Of a stretch of DNA of 64,000 nucleotides, positions 20,001-30,700 are shown one piece after another. Both the position numbers and the translations under genes were made by a program. Under the pieces are notes generated by a model. It saw only the letters and a list, made by a program, of their open reading frames with translations, was not told the origin of the DNA and ran no database searches. This DNA is from a virus (taxonomy: Duplodnaviria; Caudoviricetes). The stretch's first letter is position 1. Each line of letters opens with the position of its first letter. Location: positions 1-64,000 of the IMG/VR virus record IMGVR_UViG_3300033067_000589; one strand, written 5' to 3'.

Positions 20001-21002
20001 TCTAGGTTTGAGAATAGAATATATGTGTCTGACCCAAAGATCTCTTCTGAAAAGTATGATTCATTTAGAAGACAAAAAGTTCTTAATTATGGAGATATAG
20101 ATGGTGATTGTGGTGCTATTGTTGCAGCCAAGCAAGCATTTAGCTACATCTATGTTATCCAAGAAAGGGGGTATGGCGTACTTAGAGCTAGAGAAAGGGC
20201 TGCTGTTGCTACAACTGTTGGTGAATTAATTATTGGCACTGGGAAAGATATTGCTGGTATTCAGTATATATCAAAAGACACTGGATGCCAAAATCCTAAG
20301 TCGATTGTGTCAAGAAGAAACTCTATATGGTGGGTGGATAAACGAAATACAAGTATTGTGAGGCATAGTCAAGGTGGACTAGAAGAGGTATCGAAACGAA
20401 GATTTGTGCATGAATATGTATCGAAAATAGAAAAAGCAAAAGATATATTCAGTGGATTTGATTCTGATAGTGGAAATTATTACGTTTCAGTAACCTATAA
20501 TCAAATACAAAATAATTTTACTATTTTATTTAATGATTCAGTAGGTTTTCAGAGTGAATTGAGTATAATTCCATTATTTTGGTTATCTTTCGGAAATAAA
20601 TTATTAGTGTTTAGTAGCTCAAATAAAAATAAATTATATCTGTATGGTACTGGAATGTATGGTGAGTTTTTCGATGGATTACATGATACAGAAATACAAT
20701 TTGTCATTAACGATGCCTCCGAGGTGGGAAAAATCTTCGATAACGTATTCCTATCAGCCAACGAGAATCTTTTTGATAATCTAAAGTCGGTTACGTTTGT
20801 AGGAGACAATCAAAAGATTTTAACGAAAGCATCTTCTACATTTATATCACAAAGGGGAAACATCAAGTTTCCAGTGATGAATAAGGGAGAAAGAGAGAGG
20901 TTAAGAGGAAGGGTTGTTACGGTAAAAATTGTATTCACCAACCTAGGAAACAAACAGGTTTTACTAAATAGTTTTCAAACCATTTACAGAATAGACAGAT
21001 GA
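17031..21002 (+). CDS. Tail muzzle/stabilisation protein (crAss muzzle, P22 gp10-like)
   Basis: 1323 aa; N-terminal NTFSGGMVQD...PGTY..A.N; S.PK...E..DSF motif near the C-terminal third. Confidence 0.8.
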   Translation: MPISKNTFSGGMVQDLDVHNQRPGTYRFAKNGQLIRNEGGDDGNGAYYAFSNIKGTELVSQIQNGYVPIAAIEVDEYILTLSTNGTNSQISRFVYDGESFSHQILFNDKNDPNGDKLGFFIPNPEEDYPNISLSFENEYTKRIYISDGRNQDRVFNLSQMFQGYDCEGILPLSNTPIHVGAGEVSSVPYPKHLSVHHMDLQMDLVYPKFKFKQRINGSLKRGAYQYAVRYYSDSGYRSNWQTPSLHVLVTGTHFPNNPEYLTEGNVGYSHHNREMATTGDDSIVNDGLKIEFKGLDTRWSGFEIAFLYSKVDSITHEAMICYKHKSNCGTTTFPSTFVFDHTKHAGIPISTDEFLGRDEVILSSKASINFEDRLYRFNVETLPNIDLDLSGAEISTKFRYLDCDDTIEPTFTAVSNPRTGRLDGDPLTNTTIKNSSVSISTFGSNTETYDIVNDYVGYKGQQIEHLFRQYMSGETYGIALVLIDRKGNTLFAQHIDDFTFPEQFDSVGSEECTLTKFDGGTYKLRIKGMLINNIRIPKNKIRDKYGKLNISGFKIVRTKRNGNILHQGVLVPVTDTVVSAGSSIQTGVQVKPHPFVSTNYKDVYYNGTSHRLNNLQFGPAFSVREEVDNENFVDVIDAVAGYSLYFSPDLMIEGRHDFVDTDTIKHVGTAYRAYVSDEIRLSGPPLPMSNYNLHFYGKQYYTGLDSVNGDTDLWQKYGRKKVGETSRLKFATLITDYMTNLKGFDKDATEIEFKNGVIDVAVHVTSNDLKRAKGVGAKNSVLLGMLDFEHIDIRNGSKKAGYRIVNYIRPNDNYLANENTGLDARLYQSTGHYQPITEEVLSSVDSDANDYIFNNVEVWGGDTFVSLFDFTRVVPAGTRNCSTEKTWANPLNEDGIKLNYRATIPDGVYPEFASSLIVPIESKYNLSLRFGRRFAKNATYPQSAYCDDVSPQYSGGIMSFQPESFAINSVLLHTENIVFFTQEPPDLTLLSRFENRIYVSDPKISSEKYDSFRRQKVLNYGDIDGDCGAIVAAKQAFSYIYVIQERGYGVLRARERAAVATTVGELIIGTGKDIAGIQYISKDTGCQNPKSIVSRRNSIWWVDKRNTSIVRHSQGGLEEVSKRRFVHEYVSKIEKAKDIFSGFDSDSGNYYVSVTYNQIQNNFTILFNDSVGFQSELSIIPLFWLSFGNKLLVFSSSNKNKLYLYGTGMYGEFFDGLHDTEIQFVINDASEVGKIFDNVFLSANENLFDNLKSVTFVGDNQKILTKASSTFISQRGNIKFPVMNKGERERLRGRVVTVKIVFTNLGNKQVLLNSFQTIYRIDR

Positions 21003-23236
21003 TATTTGACAATAGCTTTAAAGAACAAAATTTTATTAAGCCACGATTAGGAACAGACAATATGTTCTTCAAAAGAAGTGGTGACATGACAACTTTCGGA
21101 AAGGTAGGTAGCACACTTGCTCCTCTGATTGGTGCTGCATACGGAGGAAAGAAGGGTGCTGAAATGGCTGGTTCTGCTTTTGGCGCACTTGCATCTCTAG
21201 GAATGTCAAAGACAGCCGAAGATGATTTGTACGACGAATCGTTAGCCGATATGGACAAGAAAAACGCCATAGGTCAATTAGTTGGTACTGGTGTAGATTT
21301 TGTGAATGACATTGGAAAAAGGGCTGCTGCTGCAATAGTTACCGGGGGTACATCAGAGGTAACAAGGGCTGCATCGAATATTCAATATTCAAGCCCGACC
21401 AGCGCGTTTAGTCAGTCAAGTATGGCACTTAATAATAATATACCTTACTCATCAGAGAGTGGACTTTCTGGATTAGCTGGATTTACACCAAACAACGGTA
21501 TTCCTTATTCAAGCCAAACAAGTGTACAAGCAAATCCAATTACAGGAACATATATGGATAGAGCAAAGGCAAATCCTTTAGCAAATTTTGCTTTAGGTAA
21601 AATAGCTCCAATCGCACAATTTAAAGATGGTGGCATATTGAAATCAATGAGGTCTTTAAAAAAGAAATCCGATCCATCAGAGGATATTGATATGTACGAT
21701 AAAGAAACTGGTGAAAAGGTTGGGGAGATGAGATACGATGAACGTATTTTTTCTCAAATGGATACAAAGAAAATGGAGAAACTAGCTAGTCAGGGTAAAC
21801 TTGAACAACTAGGTAAACTCGTGAAAGATTCCATTGAGAGGCAAGAATCTAAAGAACAAGGAGGTATGATTATGGCACAAGATGGAGGTAAGCCAGAGGA
21901 TAACTTTAGGCCAACTGGAATTGAGTGGTATGACAACATGAGGAGAAATGTACAGAGTAGGTATAAGGGTTCTGATATATATAAGCCGGAATCATATTTT
22001 GCTGGTAGGTTAATTCCAAAAGAGCAACCTGTGGGTAATAAAAGGGCTAATAGTGCTACAATGAGTGATGTAAGAGATATATACGCATCTATTGGTGCTA
22101 CTTTACCACCGGCAATAGTTGTGGGTCAAAGGAGTAACCCTACAACCACTCAGTCAATCGGAAACAGGCAAGCAACAGGTGGCGGTGGTGGCACATCAAG
22201 ACCATCAAATAGGGCAACAGGGGGGAAGGCAGCACCTACTGCAAAACCTCCAGTGAAAACAAATCCTATGGCTAGTTTTAGGGATTTGTATATGTTAGGT
22301 ACTCCAGAAGTTATGAGTGGTGGAAACTTTGCAAGTATAGAAGGACTCCAAGTTCCACAAGCACCTGCTACTCCAACTCCTGACAACACAGCACCTGCAA
22401 CGCCAACATCCGTTACATCCGAAGCTCAAACCAAAAAGTCTTTAATGGATAGATTGAGAGACTTGAGAAACTCTAAGATAAATGATGCAGACGCAAATAG
22501 AAGAAAGGGTAATCTCGCTGATAGTGCTACTGCATTGTATCAAACAATCAGAGGTTCAAGAATTGACCTACCTACATTTGAGCCAAATGCTCAATACCTA
22601 GAGTACGGAAATAGACTTGGGCAAATGGCACAATCAGGATTACCTGCAAGTCAAGATGCACAACTACGATCACAACTTGATAGACAATCGGCTATGACAA
22701 TGGGTCAATTAGCTAACATTGGTGGTGGTAGTCAAGGTGCTGCATTGGGCGTATTGTCAAATATGGCACAAGGTACACAGGGTGCGGTGGCTCAAAGGGA
22801 TTTAGCTAATGACCAAGCACAGATGCAAGCATTGGGAATGTATGGTAACTTCTTGGGCAATCAAAGGAATCAAGATTTTGCTCAAGTGTTTGCGCCACAA
22901 TATGAGCAAGCTGCTGCTGATATTACATCGACAGCACAGAGTATTGCAGCACTAAGAGGTAATATTGAGGCAAGAAACAACTTCTATAATACTTATGAAG
23001 ACCCTAATTCTCCATATAGAAGAATGATCGAATCTCAAATTAGCTCTATTGGAAGAACAGAGCAAAATATAGAAGATGAAAGCAACAAACTTCCGGGTCA
23101 ATCTGGGGTTAGTTTATATTCTAATGTATTAAAGGATGATGATGCAACATTTAAGGCACTAGAGAAAAGTAGGGCTGATTTGAACGCAAGAAATAGAAGG
23201 GTAACTGGAACTAGAAATTCTAAAATAGGAGAATAA
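20999..23236 (+). CDS. Ejection/cargo protein 1
   Basis: 745 aa, Gly/Ala/Gln-rich, FKDGG and AQDGG motifs, Pro/Thr linker; follows the muzzle as in crAss-like phages. Confidence 0.65.
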   Translation: MIFDNSFKEQNFIKPRLGTDNMFFKRSGDMTTFGKVGSTLAPLIGAAYGGKKGAEMAGSAFGALASLGMSKTAEDDLYDESLADMDKKNAIGQLVGTGVDFVNDIGKRAAAAIVTGGTSEVTRAASNIQYSSPTSAFSQSSMALNNNIPYSSESGLSGLAGFTPNNGIPYSSQTSVQANPITGTYMDRAKANPLANFALGKIAPIAQFKDGGILKSMRSLKKKSDPSEDIDMYDKETGEKVGEMRYDERIFSQMDTKKMEKLASQGKLEQLGKLVKDSIERQESKEQGGMIMAQDGGKPEDNFRPTGIEWYDNMRRNVQSRYKGSDIYKPESYFAGRLIPKEQPVGNKRANSATMSDVRDIYASIGATLPPAIVVGQRSNPTTTQSIGNRQATGGGGGTSRPSNRATGGKAAPTAKPPVKTNPMASFRDLYMLGTPEVMSGGNFASIEGLQVPQAPATPTPDNTAPATPTSVTSEAQTKKSLMDRLRDLRNSKINDADANRRKGNLADSATALYQTIRGSRIDLPTFEPNAQYLEYGNRLGQMAQSGLPASQDAQLRSQLDRQSAMTMGQLANIGGGSQGAALGVLSNMAQGTQGAVAQRDLANDQAQMQALGMYGNFLGNQRNQDFAQVFAPQYEQAAADITSTAQSIAALRGNIEARNNFYNTYEDPNSPYRRMIESQISSIGRTEQNIEDESNKLPGQSGVSLYSNVLKDDDATFKALEKSRADLNARNRRVTGTRNSKIGE

Positions 23237-24729
23237 TGAGAATAGCAGCAAATATAGGAGCAGCATTGGTGACTCCGGTTCAAAACTGGGCATCTCGTTC
23301 TCAAGCGAAGATGGCAGAAGCCCAGTTTAATCAAGTAACTATGCAGAATCTCCAAATGCAAGAGCAGGAGATTGTAAGAAATAGAGAAGAGTTGGAGTTG
23401 GGATTTGAGCGATTACGTTCACTTCCTTTACCCGAAACGAACAAGCAAGATATTCTAGCTGAGATTGATAAATTTCAAGAGAATATACAAAAGAAAGTCA
23501 AGGGCAATTACGCTAATGCTGCTGAATACATAAGAAAGGAAGGTAAGAAAGATTTAGCAGCATTAGCAAATACTATTCAAAATTCTGACGCTTACAAGTT
23601 GGGGTTAAGAAATAAGGCAATCTTGGCTCAATATGAGGAAGATAGGAAAAAAGGATTAGTTCCGATGATGGTGAATGGTAAAACATTTGACCAACAACTG
23701 GCTGAATTTCAAGCTGGAAAAGTAAAAGAACTTACATACCTAGACCCATATAAACCTAGTGTTGAATTTGTAAAAACAATAGGAGGTAGCTATGGGAATG
23801 ATAGGTTCACTAAGCAACAAGCAACGGTTCAAGAAATTGTGATGGAGATGATAAAAACAAATCCGGGCATGACACCTGCACAGGCTTACGACCAACTTGT
23901 GCAAAGTGGATATGACAAGATTCCTCTATTCTACAAGTTTGATGACAAGTACGACAAGGCTAAGTATGACTTAGATATGTATGAGAAACGAGATAGGATA
24001 GCTAGTAGAAATGAAATGGCTGCCTTGAAGAGAAGAGAAGTAGGAATAGAAGAAGCTAAGTTAAATATATTCAGACAAAAACTAGACGTAGCTAGTCAAG
24101 CTGGGTTTGAGGCTGGAATGGGTGTTACTGCAATACAAACAACAGCCGAAAGGGAGGGTGGCTCTAAGTATAGATTAAAGAACGGAGTAACTAGGGTAAC
24201 AACTTCTGACGGGCAAAGTCCTTTATTTGTAAGGGAGATAGCTAGAAACTTGGGTGTTGAAGTGAGTGATAGCAAGACTGGTGAAACTAAATTTATACTG
24301 CCTAAAACTTTTGCAGTTAAAAATGAGTATGGTGGTCAAATAGGTGGATTAGAGAAAAAGGATAGGGAAATTAATCCTATTCGACTAGAGGCACTTAGGG
24401 ATAATCAAGGCAATATTCTGAAAACGTATTTGGTTTATACTACCGATATTTCTGAATCTGAGTACGAAAACAAGTTTGGAAACTCTACCTACAAAAATAA
24501 GTACGTTGGTGGAGAGCCTGTAAAAAGAGTGCAAAGGGCATCAATGTACGACCCTACTGGCGGAGCATTTCAGAATGACGAAGTGTATCGCATTACAGCT
24601 AGAACAGAAATCCCATCTGGAGGCGTTGATGCTTCATTGCTTGCTAAGGGCGTGGGTATCTCTCTGAATGATATGCAGACGGTAAGAGTGGGTCAAAATA
24701 ATCCCAATGCAGAATTGTATAACGATTAA
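23236..24729 (+). CDS. Ejection/cargo protein 2
   Basis: 497 aa, helical Q/E-rich N-terminus; position in cargo cluster. Confidence 0.55.
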   Translation: MRIAANIGAALVTPVQNWASRSQAKMAEAQFNQVTMQNLQMQEQEIVRNREELELGFERLRSLPLPETNKQDILAEIDKFQENIQKKVKGNYANAAEYIRKEGKKDLAALANTIQNSDAYKLGLRNKAILAQYEEDRKKGLVPMMVNGKTFDQQLAEFQAGKVKELTYLDPYKPSVEFVKTIGGSYGNDRFTKQQATVQEIVMEMIKTNPGMTPAQAYDQLVQSGYDKIPLFYKFDDKYDKAKYDLDMYEKRDRIASRNEMAALKRREVGIEEAKLNIFRQKLDVASQAGFEAGMGVTAIQTTAEREGGSKYRLKNGVTRVTTSDGQSPLFVREIARNLGVEVSDSKTGETKFILPKTFAVKNEYGGQIGGLEKKDREINPIRLEALRDNQGNILKTYLVYTTDISESEYENKFGNSTYKNKYVGGEPVKRVQRASMYDPTGGAFQNDEVYRITARTEIPSGGVDASLLAKGVGISLNDMQTVRVGQNNPNAELYND

Positions 24730-24752
24730 AAAAAAGAAACTAAACAATATAA

Positions 24753-27700
24753 ATGGGAAAGCAAAGAAGTAAGGCAGATATTCCAGTAAATGTAAGTGCG
24801 TATAGCCTAAGAGACGTAAATGAAACCTTAGTCGAAAATAGACTAAGGGATTCTGGATTTAAAAATGTACCAAGAAGTGCAGTACAATCTATTGTAGCAA
24901 GGGGTGGTATTGCGAGTAAAGATAGAAAAACTGGTGAAGCTATCAATATACCCGTTTCAAGTTTACCAACACAAAAGACGTATGAGACCATAAAAGGAGA
25001 TGTTGAGAGTGCATCAGAACTCTTCTTTCAAGGGCTAACAGATATTCCAGTAAGTGTAAGTGCAGGTATTCAACAAATGCTTGCAGGCACAGACAAGCAA
25101 AAGTTAGATGCCATTAGAAAATGGCAAGACGACAATACAAATCAACTTTCATTTGCAGCCAAAAGGATGCTTGAAAATGAAGAGATGAGTATTGAGAAAT
25201 TTATGTTTACCGCAGGTAATACCGTTGGACAAATAGTTGGCTCAATGGCAACTGCTGCTGCTGGTACGGCTATTGGTGCTACTGCTGGTACTGCTGTGGG
25301 TGGCCCAGTTGGTACAGTTGGTGGTGCTATTGGTGGATTCTTGGGAGGTATGGCTGTGAATATGCCGTTTATGTACAACTCCTTATTAAATTCAGCTAGA
25401 GATGCAGGGATAAATGATGCAGATGCAGTAGGGTATGCTTATGGCGCAGGCATTGGACTTGCTGCGCTAGAGGCAGTTCCATTATCTAAAATTGCAGGTT
25501 GGACAGCAAAATCAGTAGCTCCGTCACTTACAAAGAGTGTCCTTAATAAAATGACAACCAAGTACGGTGCTAAAAGTGCAAATGAACTTATTGAAAGGAT
25601 TGGTGCAGACAGGTTCAATAAAGAGGTTGCTGTTGGAATATATAAGGCTGCAAGAAATGGAATTGCAGATAGGGTTATAGGGAAGGCTGGTGCAGTAGGC
25701 ATGGGGGCTTTGGCAGAAGGTGGTCAAGAGATTACCGAGTTTTATTTAGAAAAACTAGCTCAAGCAACCTATGATTCAACAAGAGGAGAGGGTAGGCAAG
25801 CTGGCAAAGGAGCTTTTGGTACTCAATTTACTCAAGAAGAGTTTTTTGGCAAAAAGGCTAGAGACGAGGCGTTTTGGAATGGTGTATTTGGTGCTGTTGG
25901 TGGTGGATTTGCCGGAACAGTACAAGCTGTATCTTCTCCACTTTATAAAACTGGTGTTTACGATACAATCGACACTTTTGTAAAAAGAGGTAAAACTGTT
26001 GATGAAGCTGTTGCTGCGTTGAATGGAATTATTGATAGGAGAATTGGTGAAGGGGAGTTAGCACAAGATATTGCAGACACCGCAAAATCAGCCATCCAGA
26101 ATGTAGCACAATCATATAATAAGATTGGCGGTAAATTTGATGAGCCAGAATTTAGATATGTTGTTTACGAAAGAATATCTAAGAAAGATGATTTAGTAAA
26201 AGAACTTGGCGCACTAGAATCTAAGAAAGCTGAGATACAGGGTATTATTTCTCAAAATCAAGGTGATGCAGACATCTATACTGTGGATATGATGGAGATT
26301 GATAAGTTAATTGACCAAAAACAAAGGCAATTAGACTTTACATCTACTTGGCTGAAAGACTATACTCAAAAGTATTACGATAATAAGAAAGCAAAAAATA
26401 CCGCTCGTGGTCAATTTATTGATGATTCGATCAACGACTTTATTGTAAGAACAGATAGTTTTGACAAAAAGAAACAGACACCTTACGAGTTTGCAAAAGA
26501 AGCAAACGATGCGTACAATGCAGGAATGAAGGAAATTGATTTACAGTACGACTCCCAAGTGAAATCAATGAATATTACTTCATTGAATGAGAATGTAAAT
26601 CAAGACTTCGATGAGATTGATACAATAAAAACAAAAGTAAGAACAAATCCTTCCTCAAATGAAAATCCAGAGTTTGCTGATGTTGTTTTGGCTACCGACG
26701 AGGATGGGAATATAGCTATAAGAAGAGAGAGTATTATTGATGGGCAATCAAAAGTTGATTACATTCCAATCGCCAATACTCCACAATACGAACCAGTAGT
26801 GGCTCGTGCAAAAAGTTACTTTGAAAATAGAGATAGTTTTGAGGGTATTGCATCTAAGTTAGTTCTTGGTCAAGAATTAACAGAAGATGAAGCTGAACTG
26901 TATGAGGATTTTGCAGATAACATTGATGGTTATAAGGAAGAAATGGAACGTGCTGCAAATTTCAATGCAAATTTGGCTTTAGCAAAAATGTTTGCAAAGC
27001 CAATAAAAGAAGCATTGCAAGGTATGGCCCCAGCTATTCAACGCTACCAAGAGAGGGTTGCAGAAATTGATGAGACATTAGCTAGAGATGAAAATATACC
27101 TGCATCAAATCAAGACCTAGGTAGTACAGAGAAAAACAAAAAACTATCTGCAAATGAGATAGCCAAGTTAAATCAAAACAAACAGGCCCTACTTGCTGAG
27201 ATTGAAAAGTACAATAAAGAACTTCAAAGGGTTACAGAGATGAATCCCGATGATTCTCCATTAGAAGAGTTGAACAGTAAAGAGCTTGCACTCTATCAAA
27301 CAAGAATGGCAGAGGTGGATATTCTTTTCAATGAGATGGTAGAGAAGTTCCTTACAAACAAAGCAAGTAATCTTGATGATTTCTATGGAACATACGGACA
27401 GTATGGATTCCTTAGAAATATGGAGGAATATGCAAAAAGTATAGCAACTCAAAAAAGACTATTTATGGATTCGTATAATCCAGAAATAGCAAATACAATC
27501 AATAAGATTATTGACAAAGCGAGGATTCTTGAAGCAAAAATGCAAGAGGTTCGTGCTGGTATCGAGGCTGCAAAACAAAAACAAGAAGAGGCGAAGGCTG
27601 CTGCGGAACAAATAAAACTAGAGAAGCAAAAGGCAAAAGAAGCTAAAAAGCTACTAGATGAGGCTAATGCTAAACTTGACAAAGAAAAGAAAAAGAAACA

Positions 27701-30700
27701 AACAAAGAAAGGAGAACCTAAAAAAGAGGATACTCCACAAGAACAAGAGGTTCAAGAAGAACTAACCGAAACAGTAGCTGAACTAGAACAAGTAGTAAAA
27801 GAAGCTGGTGATATTATCATAGAGGCAGCAAACAACATAGAACAAATAAGAGGAGAATTAACAAATGAACAGCAATTACCAACAGATAGTACAGAAAATG
27901 AGGGCGGAGTACAATCAGTCCAGACATCTACTACTCCAATATCAGGAACAAGTGAGACTACTCTCCAAGAGAATGTTACCCAAGGAGAAATCACTCCAGA
28001 GGGAGAGGGTACAGCAACTATGGCAACAGATGCAACAGAATCCATCGTGCCAAGTGGAAGTGATGATACTGCAAGCACGCAAGGAGGAGGTACGCAAACG
28101 CAACTTCCGAATGTTAGCGGAGATGTAAAAACACAAGAAGAAAAAGTGAGTGATGCACTTGAAGTATTGAATAGTGAAAAATTCAACGAACTATCAAGTA
28201 GTGATGTTGATATGCCATCACTTGATAATAAGAGTGCGGATAGCCTAGAGTCGCTACTTGCACAAAAGCAAGAACTACTAAAAGGCAATCTATCTCCAGA
28301 AGATAGGCAATTAGTTCAAGACCAAATAGCCGAAATAGAAGGTCAAATCAAACAAAAGGCTATTGAGAATGATGAAATTGTAACCGATACTAAACCAGAG
28401 GTTCAAGCACTTAATGCTTACAATAACATACCAGATGTTGCTATCAAGGTAAAGATTCAAGATACTAAAGGGTTAATTAAGGTAACAAGGGGCAAACTAG
28501 GAGATTCACTTAATGACGAAACAAGAAATGTAATCATAAGTGACATAAAGCAAGTTGGCGACAAAATACAAGTAGTACTGTATGGTGATGAAAATGTAGT
28601 AAACCTTACAAAGAATAGCGAAAACAAGGTTATTGCAAGTAATCAGTTCAACGAGCCTATCACAGTAAAAATGAATGTAGATGAATTTGTGTCTATGTTC
28701 ACCTTTGGGAATAGTAGTGAACTTCAAAGGAGGGCTACACTTGAAAATCTAGGAATAACTGAAAAGCCTCAATCGGAAGGTACGGTTACTATTCCAAAAG
28801 GAACTAATGTGCAAATCGCATACGAACTCGGAAATGAGGTAAAAGGTAAAAGCGCAACACTACAAAAGAGCCTTAAAATAGACTCAAATAATTACAAGTT
28901 AAATACGGATATTGGCTTAAATACAGGGGCTATTTTAAGTATTGCTGATGCAACCGGAAAAATAATTTACCAAAGAGGTGCAACAACTCAAACGCAAGAA
29001 CAAGCTACATCTGCACAACAAGGAAGTACTGATATTCAAAACCAACTCTTGGAAATCAAGAGAAATGGGTCAATGACTTTTGATTCTGGTAGTCAGAAGT
29101 TCTTCAATAGATTTGCTGCTGGTATTGAAAGGATATTCCCCGGAGTAAGCATTGGTGTATTATCTGAACAAGACTGGATTGATTCTGGATTAAGCCCATC
29201 ATCAAGAGGTGCTTTCAATAGAAAGACAGGTCAAGTGATGCTAAGAGAATCTATGTATGATGGAAGTACATTCGTACATGAGGTTGGTCACGCTATAATG
29301 AAAATCATTGGAGATGTAGATACCAACCTTTACAATGCAATGCTTGATGCAGTAGAGGGTACAAAATACGAAGCATACGTAAGGGATAATTATCCTAATC
29401 TAACAACTAGGGAAGAGATACTTTCAGAGGCGATGGGGTATGCTATTCAAGACAAAGGTGTCAAAATGCAATCAAGACCAATGGCTGCATTTAGAGATAT
29501 GATGACCAAGGCATTTAATGCTATCAAGAAATTCATGGGTTATCGTACCAATAAAGATATTGGAGATATGACGCTTGATGATTTTACATCTGAGGTAGCA
29601 GGAATAATGTTTGGCATTAAAGATGCAGACATATTCTTAGATGAGTTTGATTTGACTCAAAATGCAGAACTGAATAATTATTTTGAGACAGAAGGCAATA
29701 CTGACGAATCTAGTATCCAGTACCAGTACTTCAAATTCCAAGCTAATCAACAACAGGTAGCAAAAGGGATAATGAGGGGAAGTGAGTATGCTACATTTTC
29801 AGGTAGAGTTTCGGCTGGTGAAGCTACAATGCAAGAAACGATTGATACATTAAAGTCAATCGTAGATTCGCCAATACTTGAAAGTCAAATGGCAAGCGCA
29901 CTTACTACTGGTAGCGGTAAAGATAAGTTTGATGGATATTCGTTTATTAAGGCAAACCTAAATGACTTTGCTACTGACTACTATAATATCGTAACAAATA
30001 CAGATGCAAAAAATCTAACTCCTTTGCAAAATTCCGATATTGTAGAACTTGGCAACACAATGTTAGAGACGTATGCAGACCAACACAAAAGGTCACATAT
30101 TGAAGTGGTACAAGACGGTAAACAAGTTCAAGTATTTGTAGATCCGGCAAAAGAAGCATCTAATGTAAATAAAAATGTAAGGTCATTCTTTGATGCAGCC
30201 AGAGCTAAAGGAATTATGGCTAAATATACAGCCAAGTTCCTTACTGGAAGTATGTTCTCAAACCTATCCAACATGGATACTGTTGCACAGATGTTAAGTG
30301 GAGACAATGGTATAATGAAAGGTATTCAAGATTTGAGAGTACACATGAATAAGGTTGCAGCTAGAGTTCATAATGGCATGAGGAAAGCTATTTATGATGC
30401 AACAGAAGAATTGACTCAAATTGCAAGAAATAGAGGTAGGGTTTCTAAGTTAAAAGAAGGTAATTTTAAGCCACTTGAAGAAGAGGTAAACGTTTCGTTC
30501 CATAATAACTTTACAGGAGATGCTGAATTAGGAAATAGTAATTTGACACTAGGTCAATTAGCCTACATATACTTAGCGAGACAAACTCAGGTTGATAGTG
30601 ATTTTCAGAGAAGAAATGCAGGACTACTAAAGAGTATTGCGAACATTCAAAAGGAAATAGATAAGGCTAAAAAGATAGGCAATAGCAAGAGAGTATCTTT

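Noticed and set aside
26590-26630. DFDEID in the 2646-aa protein as a crAss RNA polymerase DFDID motif
   Set aside because: It has an extra residue and lacks the RNAP context (no preceding GS, no double-psi-barrel-like surroundings); likely chance in an acidic region.
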